A DNA stretch of 64,000 nucleotides, from positions 16,905 through 80,904 of the forward strand of contig JACRIX010000078.1 in assembly GCA_016215645.1 (NCBI GenBank). The letters are read 5' to 3'. Made by a program: the position numbers and the translations under genes. The stretch comes from Rhodocyclales bacterium. GTDB taxonomy: Bacteria; Pseudomonadota; Gammaproteobacteria; Burkholderiales; Rhodocyclaceae. Under the pieces are notes generated by a model, which did not search any database, was not told the origin of the DNA, and saw only the letters and a program-made list of their open reading frames with translations. Below, in pieces: positions 32,220-42,692 of this stretch (its first letter is position 1; each line of letters begins with the position of its first letter).

Positions 32220-34769
32220 TCAGGCCTTGACCACCTTGGCCGCGCACTTCTTGAAGTCCGTTTCTTTCGAAATCGGACAGGTGGCGTCCAGGGTGAGCTT
32301 GTTGACCAGGCGATGCTCGTCGAAGAAGGGAATGAAAATCAGCCCCTCCGGCGGCTTGTTGCGGCCCTTGGTGTCGACCCGCAGTTCGATCTCGCCGCGC
32401 CGCGTGGACACCTTGACCACGTCGTTGCGCTTGAGCCCGCGCTTCTCGGCATCCTTCGGGTGCATCCAGACCACGGCATCGGGGAAGGACTTGTAGAGCT
32501 CCGGCGCGCGGCGCGTCATCGAACCGGTATGCCAGTGTTCCAGCACGCGGCCGGTGCACAACCAGAGGTCGAAATCCTTGTCCGGCATTTCCGCCGCCGG
32601 CTGCCAGGGCAGCGCGAAGATCTTTGCCTTGCCGTCGGGATAGCCGTAGAACCTCACGCCCTCGCCCTTCTTGACGTAGCTGTCATAACCCTCGCGGAAG
32701 CGCCACAGGGTTTCCTTGCCGTCGACCACCGGCCAGCGCAGGCCGCGCACCTTGTGGTAGGTGTCGAAGGGCGCCAGGTCGTGGGCGTGGCCGCGGCCGA
32801 AACCGGCGTATTCCTCGAACAGGCCCTTCTGCACGTAGTAGCCGAAGGCCTCGGTCTCGTCGTTGGTGTAACCGGCCCAGGCGTGGGCATTGACCTTGGC
32901 GCACTCGTCCTTGAGGAACTTGTTGACCTGACCATTGGCATACAGCACGTCGTAGAGCGTTTTGCCCTTGAGCTCGGGCGCCTTGGCTACCAAGTCGGCC
33001 GGCCAGACCTCCTCGACCTTGAAGCGCTTGGAGAATTCCATGTACTGCCACAAGTCCGACTTGCAATCGCCCGGCGCCTTGACCTGCTGGCGCCACATCT
33101 GGCCGCGCCGCTCGGCGTTGCCGAACATGCCTTCCTTCTCCATCCACATGGCGCAGGGCAGGATCAGGTCGGCCGACATGGCGGACACCGTCGGATAGAC
33201 GTCGGAGACCACGACAAAGGCCTTCGGATTGCGCCATCCCGGATAGATCTCGCCGTTGACGTTGGGGCCGGCCTGCATGTTGTTGGTGGTCGAGGTCCAG
33301 TAGAAGCCGATCTTGCCGTCCTTCAGCATCCGGCTTTGCAACACGGCGTGGTAGCCGACCCAATCCGGAATCGTGCCGGCGGGCAGCTTCCAGGCCTTCT
33401 CGGCGAATTCGCGGTGCTTGGGATTCATCACCACCATGTCGGCGGGCAGGCGATGGGCGAAGGTGCCGACTTCGCGTGCCGTGCCGCAGGCCGAGGGCTG
33501 ACCGGTCAAGGAGAAGGGGCTGTTGCCCGGCTCGGAGATCTTGCCCGTCAGCAGGTGCACGTTGTAGATCATGTTATTGACCCAGGTGCCGCGCGTATGC
33601 TGGTTGAAGCCCATGGTCCAGTAGGAGGTGACCTTCACCTTCGGGTCGGCGTAGGCCTTGGCCAGGGCTTCCAGCCTGTCCTTGGGCACACCGGAAATTT
33701 CGTGCGCCTTGTCCAGCGTGTATTCGGAAACGAACCTGGCGAAATCGTCGAAGCTGATCGGCGTGTGCTTGTTCGGGTCGCCCTTGGGCTTGCCGTCGGC
33801 GCCGGGATAGCCGTTGTTGTTCGCCACCTGTTCCAGCGGGTGATTCGGACGCAGGCCGTAACCGATGTCGGTGACGCCCTGGAAGAAGCCGACGTTCTTC
33901 TTGACGAACTCCTGGTTCACCGCCTTGTTCTGGATGATGTAGTTGCAGATGTAATTGAGGATCGCCAGGTCCGACTGCGGCTTGAAGATCAGTTCGTTGT
34001 CGGCCAGTTCGCAGGAGCGGTGCGAGAAGGTCGACAGCACGTGGATCTTGACGTGGTTGGCGGTGAGGCGGCGGTTGGTGATGCGCGACCAGAGAATGGG
34101 GTGCATTTCGGCCATGTTCGAGCCCCACAGCGCGAACACGTCGGCATGCTCGGCGTCGTCATAGCAGCCCATCGGCTCGTCGATGCCGAAAGTGCGCATG
34201 AAGCCGGCCACGGCGGAAGCCATGCAATGGCGCGCGTTGGGGTCGATGCTGTTGGAGCGGAAGCCGGCCTTCATCAGCTTGGCGGCGGCATAGCCTTCCC
34301 ACACCGTCCATTGGCCGGAGCCGAACATGGCGACGCCGCGCGGGCCCTGGGTAGGCTCCTTAAGCGTGGCCTTGACCTTCTCGGCCATGATGTCGAAGGC
34401 GGCATCCCAGGAGATCGGGGCGAACTCGCCGTTCTTGTCGAACTTGCCGTCTTTCATGCGCAGCAGCGGCTTGGTCAGCCGATCCTTGCCGTACATGATC
34501 TTGGACAGGAAGTAGCCCTTGACGCAGTTGAGGCCCTTGTTCACCGGCGCATCGGGGTCACCCTGGGTGGCCACCACGCGGCCGTCCTTGACCCCGACCA
34601 GCACGCCGCAACCTGTGCCGCAATAGCGGCAAACGCCCTTGTCCCAACGGACGCCGTCCTGGCTTTGCGGAACGGCGGCGAGCGCTACGCCGGGAATGCT
34701 CATGCCGGCGGTGGTAGCGGCTGCGGCGATGGCATTGGTCTTGATGAAGTCACGTCGCGTCAATTTCAT
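32220..34769 (-). CDS. napA: Periplasmic nitrate reductase catalytic subunit
   Basis: TRRDFIK Tat signal, [34 protein letters not shown] and [16 protein letters not shown]. Confidence 0.98.
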   Translation of the reverse strand: MKLTRRDFIKTNAIAAAATTAGMSIPGVALAAVPQSQDGVRWDKGVCRYCGTGCGVLVGVKDGRVVATQGDPDAPVNKGLNCVKGYFLSKIMYGKDRLTKPLLRMKDGKFDKNGEFAPISWDAAFDIMAEKVKATLKEPTQGPRGVAMFGSGQWTVWEGYAAAKLMKAGFRSNSIDPNARHCMASAVAGFMRTFGIDEPMGCYDDAEHADVFALWGSNMAEMHPILWSRITNRRLTANHVKIHVLSTFSHRSCELADNELIFKPQSDLAILNYICNYIIQNKAVNQEFVKKNVGFFQGVTDIGYGLRPNHPLEQVANNNGYPGADGKPKGDPNKHTPISFDDFARFVSEYTLDKAHEISGVPKDRLEALAKAYADPKVKVTSYWTMGFNQHTRGTWVNNMIYNVHLLTGKISEPGNSPFSLTGQPSACGTAREVGTFAHRLPADMVVMNPKHREFAEKAWKLPAGTIPDWVGYHAVLQSRMLKDGKIGFYWTSTTNNMQAGPNVNGEIYPGWRNPKAFVVVSDVYPTVSAMSADLILPCAMWMEKEGMFGNAERRGQMWRQQVKAPGDCKSDLWQYMEFSKRFKVEEVWPADLVAKAPELKGKTLYDVLYANGQVNKFLKDECAKVNAHAWAGYTNDETEAFGYYVQKGLFEEYAGFGRGHAHDLAPFDTYHKVRGLRWPVVDGKETLWRFREGYDSYVKKGEGVRFYGYPDGKAKIFALPWQPAAEMPDKDFDLWLCTGRVLEHWHTGSMTRRAPELYKSFPDAVVWMHPKDAEKRGLKRNDVVKVSTRRGEIELRVDTKGRNKPPEGLIFIPFFDEHRLVNKLTLDATCPISKETDFKKCAAKVVKA

Positions 34770-34770
34770 T

Positions 34771-35019
34771 TCAGATCTCCTTGAAGGGCTCGGATTCGGT
34801 TTGGTGATAGACCATGGCCGCCGACAACACGCCGTCCAGCTGGCCGATGCGCTCATAGGTGGCGACGTTGCTGCCGTCATCCTCGGTTTCGATGGTGACG
34901 ATCAACTTGCCTTCGGGTGAAATGGCATGCACTTCAACCCCGGCCAGCGCGGCAAGCCCGGCCTCCACGATGGAAAGTTCACCGGGGCGGGCATGGACGA
35001 TGGCGCTGGATATGTTCAT
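34771..35019 (-). CDS. napD: NapA chaperone NapD
   Basis: [21 protein letters not shown] and [10 protein letters not shown]. Confidence 0.92.
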   Translation of the reverse strand: MNISSAIVHARPGELSIVEAGLAALAGVEVHAISPEGKLIVTIETEDDGSNVATYERIGQLDGVLSAAMVYHQTESEPFKEI

Positions 35020-35115
35020 TGCATGACTCCTGGCTTGCGGCATTGGATGGCGCTGTCGCTGAGGTCGCCGCGCAGCAATACCCATTTATTCTCTGCGGTC
35101 TTGTGCACGTGCAAC

Positions 35116-35156
35116 ATCCTAGGCCTGCGGCCTGCGATTTCCTTGATGTCAATCAA
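35116..35156 (-). promoter_or_regulatory. Class II FNR/DNR-type promoter for napDAGHB
   Basis: Perfect TTGAT-GTCA-ATCAA at 35143-35156 and minus-strand -10 TAGGAT at 35121-35116. The box centre falls near -41.5. Confidence 0.85.
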
Positions 35157-35247
35157 TCGGCAGGACGCCGGAAAAAGCATCGCCATGAAGTTTTCACTCC
35201 ATGGCGATTCGATGAACCGGTCAGGCAGGCATGACGCCTGCGGGGGA

Positions 35248-36549
35248 TCAGGGTTCGATCTGGTCGATCACGATACGCAAACCCTTGGCCCCGGGCTTGA
35301 CGGCGGCGCTCTTGCCGGTCAAGTCGCCTTTGCCCGGCATGGCCGACCCGGTTTTCGAAATGCGCACTTCGACACGCACCTGATGCGCCGACGAAAGTTT
35401 CGAGCCCGGCATCACCGCCTGGCTGTCGTCGAGCAGGAAATCCAGCGGCAGGTCCGCAACTCGGCTGCGAATCGCCGCGAGCGGCATGCGCGGCCCATCG
35501 ACGGCGCGGGCGAAGATGAAGACCACGTCCTCGGGACCCGCCTTGCCCTTGAGGGCGGCGGCAAGTTCGACGCGCCCGCTGAGCGATGCGGCGGCCGCAT
35601 TCGTCACCGGTTGCGCCGGGCCTTTTTCCGTTCCCGGTTTGGCGACTCCGCGATGCACTTCGTCCTGGGGAATGGCGGTGCCGGACAGGACATCGCCGCG
35701 ACCCGGAGCCAACTTTCCACCGCCGCCCGCGCTGCGTTCGCGCGCCATCGCCAGGCTGGACTCGACCATGCGCGCGTCTTCGCTGCCGGGTTCCAGGCGC
35801 GGCAGCAGGCGGCTCCAGTACTCGGCGGCCGCCGCGTAACGACCGGCGCCGAAGGCCTCGCCACCGCCGAGGAACAGCGCCAGCATGTTGTCGGGTTCGA
35901 GGCGCAGGGCCTTCTGGATCAGTTCGCGCGCGCGCGCATCGAAACCGTTGTGCTTCTGCACCAGCAGTTCCGCCACTTCGGCGAGCAGTTCGGCGTTCCT
36001 GTCCAGGTCCGGCCCGATGCGGCCATAGGCGCGCTCGGCGTCATCCCAGCGGCCCAGCGACTTGTAGGAGCGCGCCAGCATCGCCCAGCCCTCCGGATTG
36101 TTCGGGTTCTGCTCCATCTTCTGCGCCAGCTTGGCGGTGAGTTGCTCCATGTCGGCCATGGCGCGCTGCGCCTGCACGTCGCCGGGCAGGACCGCGGCCG
36201 GCGTGCCCAGCATGGCGTAAAGGCCGACCGCGCACAGCGGCAGCAGGACGGCAAGCACGATGCCGCCGCGACGGCTGGCGCCGTCCGAGGTGACGACTTC
36301 GGCGGCGGCCGTGTCGTCGAGCAACTGGCGCTGCAATTCCTCGCGCGCCTCGGCCAGGTCGGCGGCCGACAGCGTGCCATTGGCATGGTCGCGCTCCAGT
36401 TCGCTCAGGCGGTCGCGATGGATGGCGGTATTCAGCACCGGCAGAAAGTCGGCGCTGACGACACGGCGTCCGGAACGCCACCACGGGCGCAACAACAGCA
36501 GCAAGGCGACGACGACCAGCGTCGTCGCCGCAAGATAAAAGTAGGTCAT
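35248..36549 (-). CDS. ccmI: Cytochrome c biogenesis protein CcmI/CycH
   Basis: N-terminal TM, NTAIHRDRLSELERD, TPR repeats (NPNNPEGWAMLARSY) and a C-terminal domain (VFIFARA, RISKTG). Confidence 0.9.
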   Translation of the reverse strand: MTYFYLAATTLVVVALLLLLRPWWRSGRRVVSADFLPVLNTAIHRDRLSELERDHANGTLSAADLAEAREELQRQLLDDTAAAEVVTSDGASRRGGIVLAVLLPLCAVGLYAMLGTPAAVLPGDVQAQRAMADMEQLTAKLAQKMEQNPNNPEGWAMLARSYKSLGRWDDAERAYGRIGPDLDRNAELLAEVAELLVQKHNGFDARARELIQKALRLEPDNMLALFLGGGEAFGAGRYAAAAEYWSRLLPRLEPGSEDARMVESSLAMARERSAGGGGKLAPGRGDVLSGTAIPQDEVHRGVAKPGTEKGPAQPVTNAAAASLSGRVELAAALKGKAGPEDVVFIFARAVDGPRMPLAAIRSRVADLPLDFLLDDSQAVMPGSKLSSAHQVRVEVRISKTGSAMPGKGDLTGKSAAVKPGAKGLRIVIDQIEP

Positions 36550-37010
36550 GAGTTCGATTTGTCCAGCAAGGCTTCGGCGCGACGGCGATCCTCGTCGGAC
36601 AGCACGGGTGCCGCGGATTCACTGGCACGGCGCCGCAGGAAGGCAATGAGTGCGGCGACACCGCCAGCCAGCAACAGGAAGGGCCCGCCCCACAGCAGCC
36701 AGGTGGTGGGCTTCATCGGCGGCCGGTAACGCACGAAATCGCCGTAGCGATCGACCATGAAGTCGAGGATTTCCTGGTCGGTCTTGCCGGCGGCGATCAT
36801 GGCGCGAATCTCGCGGCGCAGATCCTGTGCCAGTTCGGCGTGCGACCCGGACAGCGACTCGTTCTGGCAGACCAGGCAGCGCAGTTCCTCGCTGATGGCC
36901 ACCATGCGCTTTTCGATTTCGACGTCGGCGGCCATCGGCGCCGCCTCTTTCGCCTGCGCCATGCCGGCGAACAGCAGGCCGCAGCACAACAGCAAGGTGC
37001 GCAGCTTCAT
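36546..37010 (-). CDS. ccmH: Cytochrome c biogenesis protein CcmH
   Basis: LRCLVCQNES and RYGDFVRYRPP. Confidence 0.95.
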   Translation of the reverse strand: MKLRTLLLCCGLLFAGMAQAKEAAPMAADVEIEKRMVAISEELRCLVCQNESLSGSHAELAQDLRREIRAMIAAGKTDQEILDFMVDRYGDFVRYRPPMKPTTWLLWGGPFLLLAGGVAALIAFLRRRASESAAPVLSDEDRRRAEALLDKSNS

Positions 37011-38962
37011 GCCGGCACTCCGCCGGGCAGGGCCGACGGCGCGCGGACGCGCAAGCGGTAGCGGCGATCGAGCATGGCGACGAAGCCGCCGAGGCCCATC
37101 AGCAGGCAGCCGCCCCAGATCCAGTCGACGAAGGGCTTGTAGTAGACCCGCACGCTCCAGGCACCCTTGTTGTCGAGCGGTTCGCCGAGCGAGACATACA
37201 CGTCGCGCACGAATCCGGCATCGATCGCGGCTTCGGTCATCGGCATCTGCGAGGAGAAGTACTGTCGCTTCTCCGGATACATGGTCTTCACTACCTTGCC
37301 GCCCTTCGACAGTTCAACCGTGCCCACCGAGGCGCGATAGTTGGGTCCGGGCGCCATCTTGACCCCGATCAGGCGGAAATCGTAGCCGCCGACCTTGACC
37401 GTGTCGCCCGGCTCCATGCGCACATCCTTCTCTTCCTGGTAGCCGCCGACCATGGCGACGCCGATGACGAACACGGCGATCCCGAGGTGGGCGACCTGCA
37501 TGCCCCAGAAGGCCGCGGCCGGCTTGCCCGTCTTGATCCGGTCCAGGATCTGGAACACGCCGCTGGCGGCGATCCACATCGCCAGCAGGGAGCTCATCGC
37601 GGTAAGCGGCGTCCATGCACCCATCATCAAGGGGAACACGATGCCGGCGATGACCGCCAGCACCATGCTGACGCGCAGCCGGCGCGCGATGGCCTTGAGG
37701 TCGGCGTGCTTCCAGTGCGCCAGGGGGCCGACCGCCATCAGGAGCAGCAGGGGCACCATCACCGGCACGAACACGGCGTTGAAGTAAGGCGGGCCGACCG
37801 ACAGCTTGCCCATGCCGAGCGCATCGATCAGCAGCGGGTACAAGGTTCCGAGCAGCACGCTGCCGGTAGCCACCACCAGCAACACGTTGTTCATCAGCAG
37901 CATGGTTTCGCGCGAGACCACGGCGAAATTGCCGCCGGCGCTGACCTTCGGCGCGCGCCAGGCGAACAGCAACAGGGAACTGCCGACGACGATCACCAGC
38001 AAGGCCAGGATGAAAATGCCGCGCCGCGGGTCGGTGGCAAAGGCATGGACCGAGGTCAGCACGCCGGAACGAACCAGGAAGGTGCCGAGCAAGGAGAGCG
38101 AGAACGCCGCGATGGCCAGCAGCACGGTCCAGTTCTTGAACGCGCCGCGCTTTTCGGTGACGGCCAGTGAATGGATCAGCGCGGTGCCGACCAGCCAGGG
38201 CATGAAGGAGGCATTCTCCACCGGATCCCAGAACCACCAGCCGCCCCAGCCCAGCTCGTAGTAGGCCCACCAGCTGCCCAGGGCGATGCCGAGCGTGAGG
38301 AAGACCCAGGCCGCGGTGGTCCATGGCCGCGACCAGCGCGCCCAGGCGGCGTCGAGCCGTCCCGAGATCAGGGCGGCGATGGCGAAGGCGAAGGCCACCG
38401 AAAAGCCGACGTAACCCATGTAGAGCATCGGCGGATGGAACACCAGGCCCGGGTCCTGCAACAGGGGATTGAGGTCGCGACCTTCGGCGGCCGCCGGCAG
38501 CATGCGGTCGAACGGATTCGAGGTGAACAGGATGAAGGCGAGCAGGCCGATGCCGACCAGTCCGAGCACCGCCAGCACGCGCGCCACCATGACTTCCGGC
38601 AACTGGCGCGAGGCCAGCGATACCGCGGCGCCCCAGCCGGCCAGCATCAGCACCCAGAGCAGCAGCGAACCTTCGTGGCCGCCCCATACCGCCGAGAAGC
38701 GATACAGCGCGGGCAGTTGCGTATTGGAATGGTTGGCGACATAGGCCACCGAAAAATCGTTGGCCAGGAAGCTTTGCGCGAGGCACGCGAAAGCGACGGC
38801 GATCAACAGGAACTGCGTCTGTGCCGCCGGTCGCGCCAGCGCCACCCACTGCGCCTGGCCACCGAATTTTCCACCATGGGCGCCGAGCAGCGGCAGCACG
38901 CCCTGCGCGATCGAAATGACGAAAGCAAGGATGAGGGCGAAGTGTCCGAGTTCGGGGGTCAT
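37007..38962 (-). CDS. ccmF: Heme lyase CcmF
   Basis: WGGHEGS, HPPMLY and WAYYELGWGGWWFWDPVEN. Confidence 0.97.
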   Translation of the reverse strand: MTPELGHFALILAFVISIAQGVLPLLGAHGGKFGGQAQWVALARPAAQTQFLLIAVAFACLAQSFLANDFSVAYVANHSNTQLPALYRFSAVWGGHEGSLLLWVLMLAGWGAAVSLASRQLPEVMVARVLAVLGLVGIGLLAFILFTSNPFDRMLPAAAEGRDLNPLLQDPGLVFHPPMLYMGYVGFSVAFAFAIAALISGRLDAAWARWSRPWTTAAWVFLTLGIALGSWWAYYELGWGGWWFWDPVENASFMPWLVGTALIHSLAVTEKRGAFKNWTVLLAIAAFSLSLLGTFLVRSGVLTSVHAFATDPRRGIFILALLVIVVGSSLLLFAWRAPKVSAGGNFAVVSRETMLLMNNVLLVVATGSVLLGTLYPLLIDALGMGKLSVGPPYFNAVFVPVMVPLLLLMAVGPLAHWKHADLKAIARRLRVSMVLAVIAGIVFPLMMGAWTPLTAMSSLLAMWIAASGVFQILDRIKTGKPAAAFWGMQVAHLGIAVFVIGVAMVGGYQEEKDVRMEPGDTVKVGGYDFRLIGVKMAPGPNYRASVGTVELSKGGKVVKTMYPEKRQYFSSQMPMTEAAIDAGFVRDVYVSLGEPLDNKGAWSVRVYYKPFVDWIWGGCLLMGLGGFVAMLDRRYRLRVRAPSALPGGVPA

Positions 38963-38980
38963 GGTCTATGCCTGGTCTGT

Positions 38981-39043
38981 GACGCGCCGGAAGCCGGCGC
39001 GTCGGTGGCGGCGGGACGCGCCACATTGCGGTGTGGCGCGTCC
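38981..39043. repeat. Two tandem GC-rich palindromes with a shared GACGCGCC/GGCGCGTC stem
   Basis: gacgcgccgg-aag-ccggcgcgtc (38981-39003) and ggacgcgccaca-ttgcgg-tgtggcgcgtcc (39014-39043) in the ccmE-ccmF gap. Confidence 0.7.
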
Positions 39044-39086
39044 GGCACCCCGATGAGGAACGGGCCCGTTGCCGCGTCGCCGAGAA

Positions 39087-39539
39087 TCATTTGTTGGGCG
39101 GTACGCCCAGGGTCTTCTGCGCTTTCTGCGCCTGGTCCAGGGCGTGCTGCGCCTCGGGCGGCATGTAGTTCTCGTCGTGCTTGGCCAGCACTTCGGTGGC
39201 GGTGAAGACGCCGTCGCCGCTCAGTCGGCCCTGGATCACCGCACCCTTGCCCTCCTTGAACAGGTCGGGAAGGATGCCGGTGTAGGCGACGGGAATGTCC
39301 TTGGCGGTATCGGTCACGACGAAACGCACGGTCATGTCCTGGCGCTTGACCGACCCCTCCTTGACCATGCCGCCGATGCGGAAGGCCTTGCCTTGCGGCG
39401 CCTTGCCGGCGGCGACTTCGGAAGGCGTAACGTAAAGGGCGATGTTGCTGTCGAGTGCGTTGAGTGTCAGCACCGCAGCGAGGGCGACTGAGGCGAGACC
39501 GCCGGCGATCAGGGCGATGCGTTTTTGTCTGGGTTTCAT
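39087..39539 (-). CDS. ccmE: Heme chaperone CcmE
   Basis: [10 protein letters not shown] and VLAKHDENY. Confidence 0.96.
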   Translation of the reverse strand: MKPRQKRIALIAGGLASVALAAVLTLNALDSNIALYVTPSEVAAGKAPQGKAFRIGGMVKEGSVKRQDMTVRFVVTDTAKDIPVAYTGILPDLFKEGKGAVIQGRLSGDGVFTATEVLAKHDENYMPPEAQHALDQAQKAQKTLGVPPNK

Positions 39540-39730
39540 GAAGTTCCGGATGGGTGGTCGAGTTCGTCGGCAAGGCGTTCGCGGATCAGGTTCTTGCGGA
39601 CTTCGTTAAGACGTCGCTTTGCCAGCAAAGGTTCCGCAACCATCAGCACCAGGCAGGCGCCGAAACTGCCCCACACGTAGAGCGCATAGCCGCCCATGGC
39701 AAAGAACTCGCCGACACTATTCCAGTGCAT
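39536..39730 (-). CDS. ccmD: Heme exporter protein D
   Basis: [15 protein letters not shown]; 64 aa, between ccmC and ccmE. Confidence 0.92.
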   Translation of the reverse strand: MHWNSVGEFFAMGGYALYVWGSFGACLVLMVAEPLLAKRRLNEVRKNLIRERLADELDHPSGTS

Positions 39731-40457
39731 GTTTCACCCATTCGGTGTGTCGCTCGCGCTCAAGGATGATGGCGCGTACCCGCGTCAGCGCTACGGCGAT
39801 CGAGTACATCCAGAAGGCCAGCGCCATCAGCAGCATGCCCCAGAGCATGGTCTGGGCCATCGACGGCGCTTTGTTGAGATTGATCGTCGAACCCTGGTGC
39901 AGGGTATTCCACCATTTCACCGAGAAGTAGATGATGGGTATATTGACCACACCCACCAGCGCGAGGATCGCCCCGGCCTTGTCGGCGCGGCGCGGGTCGT
40001 CAATCGCGGCTTGCAGGGCCATGAAGCCGAGGTAGAGGAAGAACAGGATCAGTTCCGACGTCAGGCGCGCATCCCATACCCACCAGGCGCCCCACATCGG
40101 CTTGCCCCAGAAGGCACCGGTCCACAAAGACAGCGCCGCCATCAGTGCGCCGGTTGGCGCCAGGGCCTGAGCCATCATGCCCGAGACACGGGTATTGAGC
40201 GCGAGCCCGAGCGCGGCCCAGAACGCCATGACAAGATAGATGAACATCGACATCCAGGACGCCGGCACGTGGATGAAGATGATGCGATAGCCCTCGCCCT
40301 GCTGGGCATCGGTAGGTGCGACGAAGAAGGAGATCCACAGTCCGGAGATACCAAAGATCGCGGCAGCGGCCCAGAACCACGGGATCATCCGCCCGGCGAG
40401 CGGATAGAAGCCCTGCGGGCTGGCGAACTTGAACCAGTGAATGATTGACTGTCTCAC
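39717..40457 (-). CDS. ccmC: Heme exporter protein C
   Basis: IHVP, WGKPMWGAWWVWDARLT and WWNTLHQ. GTG start overlaps the ccmB stop. Confidence 0.96.
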   Translation of the reverse strand: MRQSIIHWFKFASPQGFYPLAGRMIPWFWAAAAIFGISGLWISFFVAPTDAQQGEGYRIIFIHVPASWMSMFIYLVMAFWAALGLALNTRVSGMMAQALAPTGALMAALSLWTGAFWGKPMWGAWWVWDARLTSELILFFLYLGFMALQAAIDDPRRADKAGAILALVGVVNIPIIYFSVKWWNTLHQGSTINLNKAPSMAQTMLWGMLLMALAFWMYSIAVALTRVRAIILERERHTEWVKHALE

Positions 40458-41119
40458 TCCAATGCAACCCTCAATGCCGCCGTGGTCGCCCACGGCGCGA
40501 AAAATGCAGCCAGAACCAGCATTGCCGCCAGCAGCGACAGGTGTCCGCCAATGTCAAGTCCGGCGATGTGTGCTTCGACCGCACCGGCACCGAAAATCAG
40601 CGCCGGTATGTACAGAGGCAAAACCAGCAGTGCCAGCAATACGCCCCCCCCGCGTACGCCGAGGGTCAACGCCGCACCGATCGCCCCGATCAGGGACAGC
40701 AGCGGAGTACCCAATAGCAGCGCCAGCGTCAGGATACCCAGCGCAGAGGCATCCAGATCGAACTGCAGGCCCAGCACCGGCGCCAGCAAAACCAGGGGCA
40801 ACCCGCACAGCAGCCAATGGGCCAGTATTTTACCGGCAACGAGCAGGCCCAAGGGCGAGGGCGACAAGGCCATTTGTTCCAGCGTGCCGTCGACATGATC
40901 CGCAGCGAATAGTCGTGGCAATCCGAGCAGGGTTGCCAGCAGGGCGGCCACCCAGAGGATGCCTGGCGCGATTTTCTTCAGCAGTGCGGGCTCAGGCCCG
41001 ATGCCGAGGGGAAACAGGCTGGTTACGATGACGAAGAAGAACACGGCCGTCAGCACCTCGCTCTTGCGCCGCAAGGCAAGCAGGATGTCGCGGCGGACCG
41101 TGGCAAGCAGCGCGTTCAT
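40454..41119 (-). CDS. ccmB: Heme exporter protein B
   Basis: LFPLGIGP, DGTLEQ and LPLYIPALIFG. Confidence 0.95.
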   Translation of the reverse strand: MNALLATVRRDILLALRRKSEVLTAVFFFVIVTSLFPLGIGPEPALLKKIAPGILWVAALLATLLGLPRLFAADHVDGTLEQMALSPSPLGLLVAGKILAHWLLCGLPLVLLAPVLGLQFDLDASALGILTLALLLGTPLLSLIGAIGAALTLGVRGGGVLLALLVLPLYIPALIFGAGAVEAHIAGLDIGGHLSLLAAMLVLAAFFAPWATTAALRVALE

Positions 41120-41715
41120 AGCACCAGGGCCTTGCCACCCGGCACCGGTAGCGGCTGGTGGCTGGTGAGTATCGCCATGCCGCCGGCGGCGAGATGTTCG
41201 GCAATCAATTCGCCCAGCAATTGCACGGCGCCGACATCAAGTGCGTTGAAGGCTTCATCAAGCACCCAAAGCACCGCGGGACGGGTCAGCAGTCGGGCAA
41301 GAAGCACGCGCCGTTTTTGTCCGGCCGAGAGCACGCGTACCGGCAAATCTTCGCGGCCACGCAAACCCAGGCGGATCAGGGCGGCGAGCGCTGCGCGTTC
41401 GTCGACTGCGATGCCGTCCAGTGCAGCGGCGAGGCGGAGGTTCTCCAGCGGCGTGAGGTCTTCCTTGACGGCGGCATGATGGCCGAGATAGATCAGGTCG
41501 CGACGGAATTCAAGCGAGGGCGTCGGCTCGCCGCGCCAGTTGATCTCGCCTGCATCTGCCGGAGAAAGGCCAACCAGGAGGCGCATCAGGCTGGTCTTGC
41601 CGGCACCGTTGGAACCCTGCACGTGCAGCCACTCACCGGTTTCCAGCGAGAAGCCGACATCGGTAAACAAGCGGCGTTCACCGCGCGAACAGGCAAGACC
41701 GGAAACCTTGAGCAT
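41116..41715 (-). CDS. ccmA: Heme exporter ATP-binding protein
   Basis: GSNGAGKTS, LSAGQKRR and WVLDE. Confidence 0.94.
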   Translation of the reverse strand: MLKVSGLACSRGERRLFTDVGFSLETGEWLHVQGSNGAGKTSLMRLLVGLSPADAGEINWRGEPTPSLEFRRDLIYLGHHAAVKEDLTPLENLRLAAALDGIAVDERAALAALIRLGLRGREDLPVRVLSAGQKRRVLLARLLTRPAVLWVLDEAFNALDVGAVQLLGELIAEHLAAGGMAILTSHQPLPVPGGKALVL

Positions 41716-41759
41716 GATGCAATTGTGCCCGAAACCTGGCTGCCGCGACTTGTGGCGGG

Positions 41760-42650
41760 TCAAGCCTGGCGGCGCGGCGGCCACAAAACCGTGGCAATCG
41801 CGCCGACGACCAGCAGCAGCGCAAGGAAGTCCTGCCAGTAGGGAGTTTCACCCAGTACCAGCATGCCGCTGAAAACGCCGACCACCGGCACGATCAATGA
41901 ACCCAGCGAAGACACGCTTGCCGGCACCATCTGAACCAATTTGTTCCAGGCCCAGTAGCAAAAAGTCAGGGCGACGAAGACGTTGTACCAGTAGCCGAAC
42001 CAGGGCCAGAAACCAACGGCATTCCAGTCCACCGTTTCCAGCGAGTGGCCGGCAATCGCAATGGGAATGCCGCCGATCAGCGCCTGCCAGGCAGTCAGCG
42101 ACGTAATCGGCATCGGCACCGGATCGCGCTTGTACCAGACCAGTCCCCCGGCCCAGAAGATGGCTGCGATCAGCATCATCGTGACCCCGATGGGGGTGCT
42201 GCCGAGCTTTTCAAATTCGGCACCGATCAGCAAGGCCATGCCCCCCATGCCCAGTGCCAGGCCGAGCAGGCGGCGTCGCGTCAAGGCCTCGTCGAGCAGC
42301 CAGATCGACAGCAGGGCGCTCCACACCGGCATGGTGTAGCCGAGGATCGCGGCGCGTCCCGACGGCAGCATGCTGACGCCATAGATGGCGAATACGTTCC
42401 AGCCGACGATGTTGCAGGACGCAAGGCCGACCAGTTGCGGCCAGCGGCCGGCAGGAACTCTCATTGCTTGCCCCGAAAAATGGGCGATGGCAAACAGACC
42501 GAGCGACGCCAGCACAATACAGTCGCCGCGGAAGATCAGGCGCGGAATGTCGGTGATCACCAGCTTCATGATCGGCCAGTTGAAGCCCCAGCCAAGCGAG
42601 AGCAGCGCCAGCAGAATGAGGCCAGCGCGCGGCAGGCGAGAGGTGGGCAT
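41760..42650 (-). CDS. DMT/EamA-family transporter
   Basis: WGFNWP, AILGYTMPVW and VPVVGV; about 10 TM segments. Confidence 0.88.
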   Translation of the reverse strand: MPTSRLPRAGLILLALLSLGWGFNWPIMKLVITDIPRLIFRGDCIVLASLGLFAIAHFSGQAMRVPAGRWPQLVGLASCNIVGWNVFAIYGVSMLPSGRAAILGYTMPVWSALLSIWLLDEALTRRRLLGLALGMGGMALLIGAEFEKLGSTPIGVTMMLIAAIFWAGGLVWYKRDPVPMPITSLTAWQALIGGIPIAIAGHSLETVDWNAVGFWPWFGYWYNVFVALTFCYWAWNKLVQMVPASVSSLGSLIVPVVGVFSGMLVLGETPYWQDFLALLLVVGAIATVLWPPRRQA

Positions 42651-42692
42651 GGCGCGAGTGTCGCATGGAGGGTCAGCCATTACAATCGGCTG

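Noticed and set aside
32313-34784. 823-aa plus-strand ORF, and similar long ORFs at 34927-36729, 37314-39026, 50226-52115 and 61692-63980
   Set aside because: These are antisense or alternate-frame shadows of napA, ccmI, ccmF, metG and dnaE, expected in high-GC DNA, and carry no recognisable motifs.
35110-35126. sigma54 promoter upstream of napD
   Set aside because: The GG-to-GC spacing is 11 nt rather than 10. A sigma70/FNR class II layout fits better.
42045-42692. N-terminal 216 aa of the 575-aa ORF
   Set aside because: It overlaps the DMT gene on the opposite strand. The hydrophobic protein begins at 42693.
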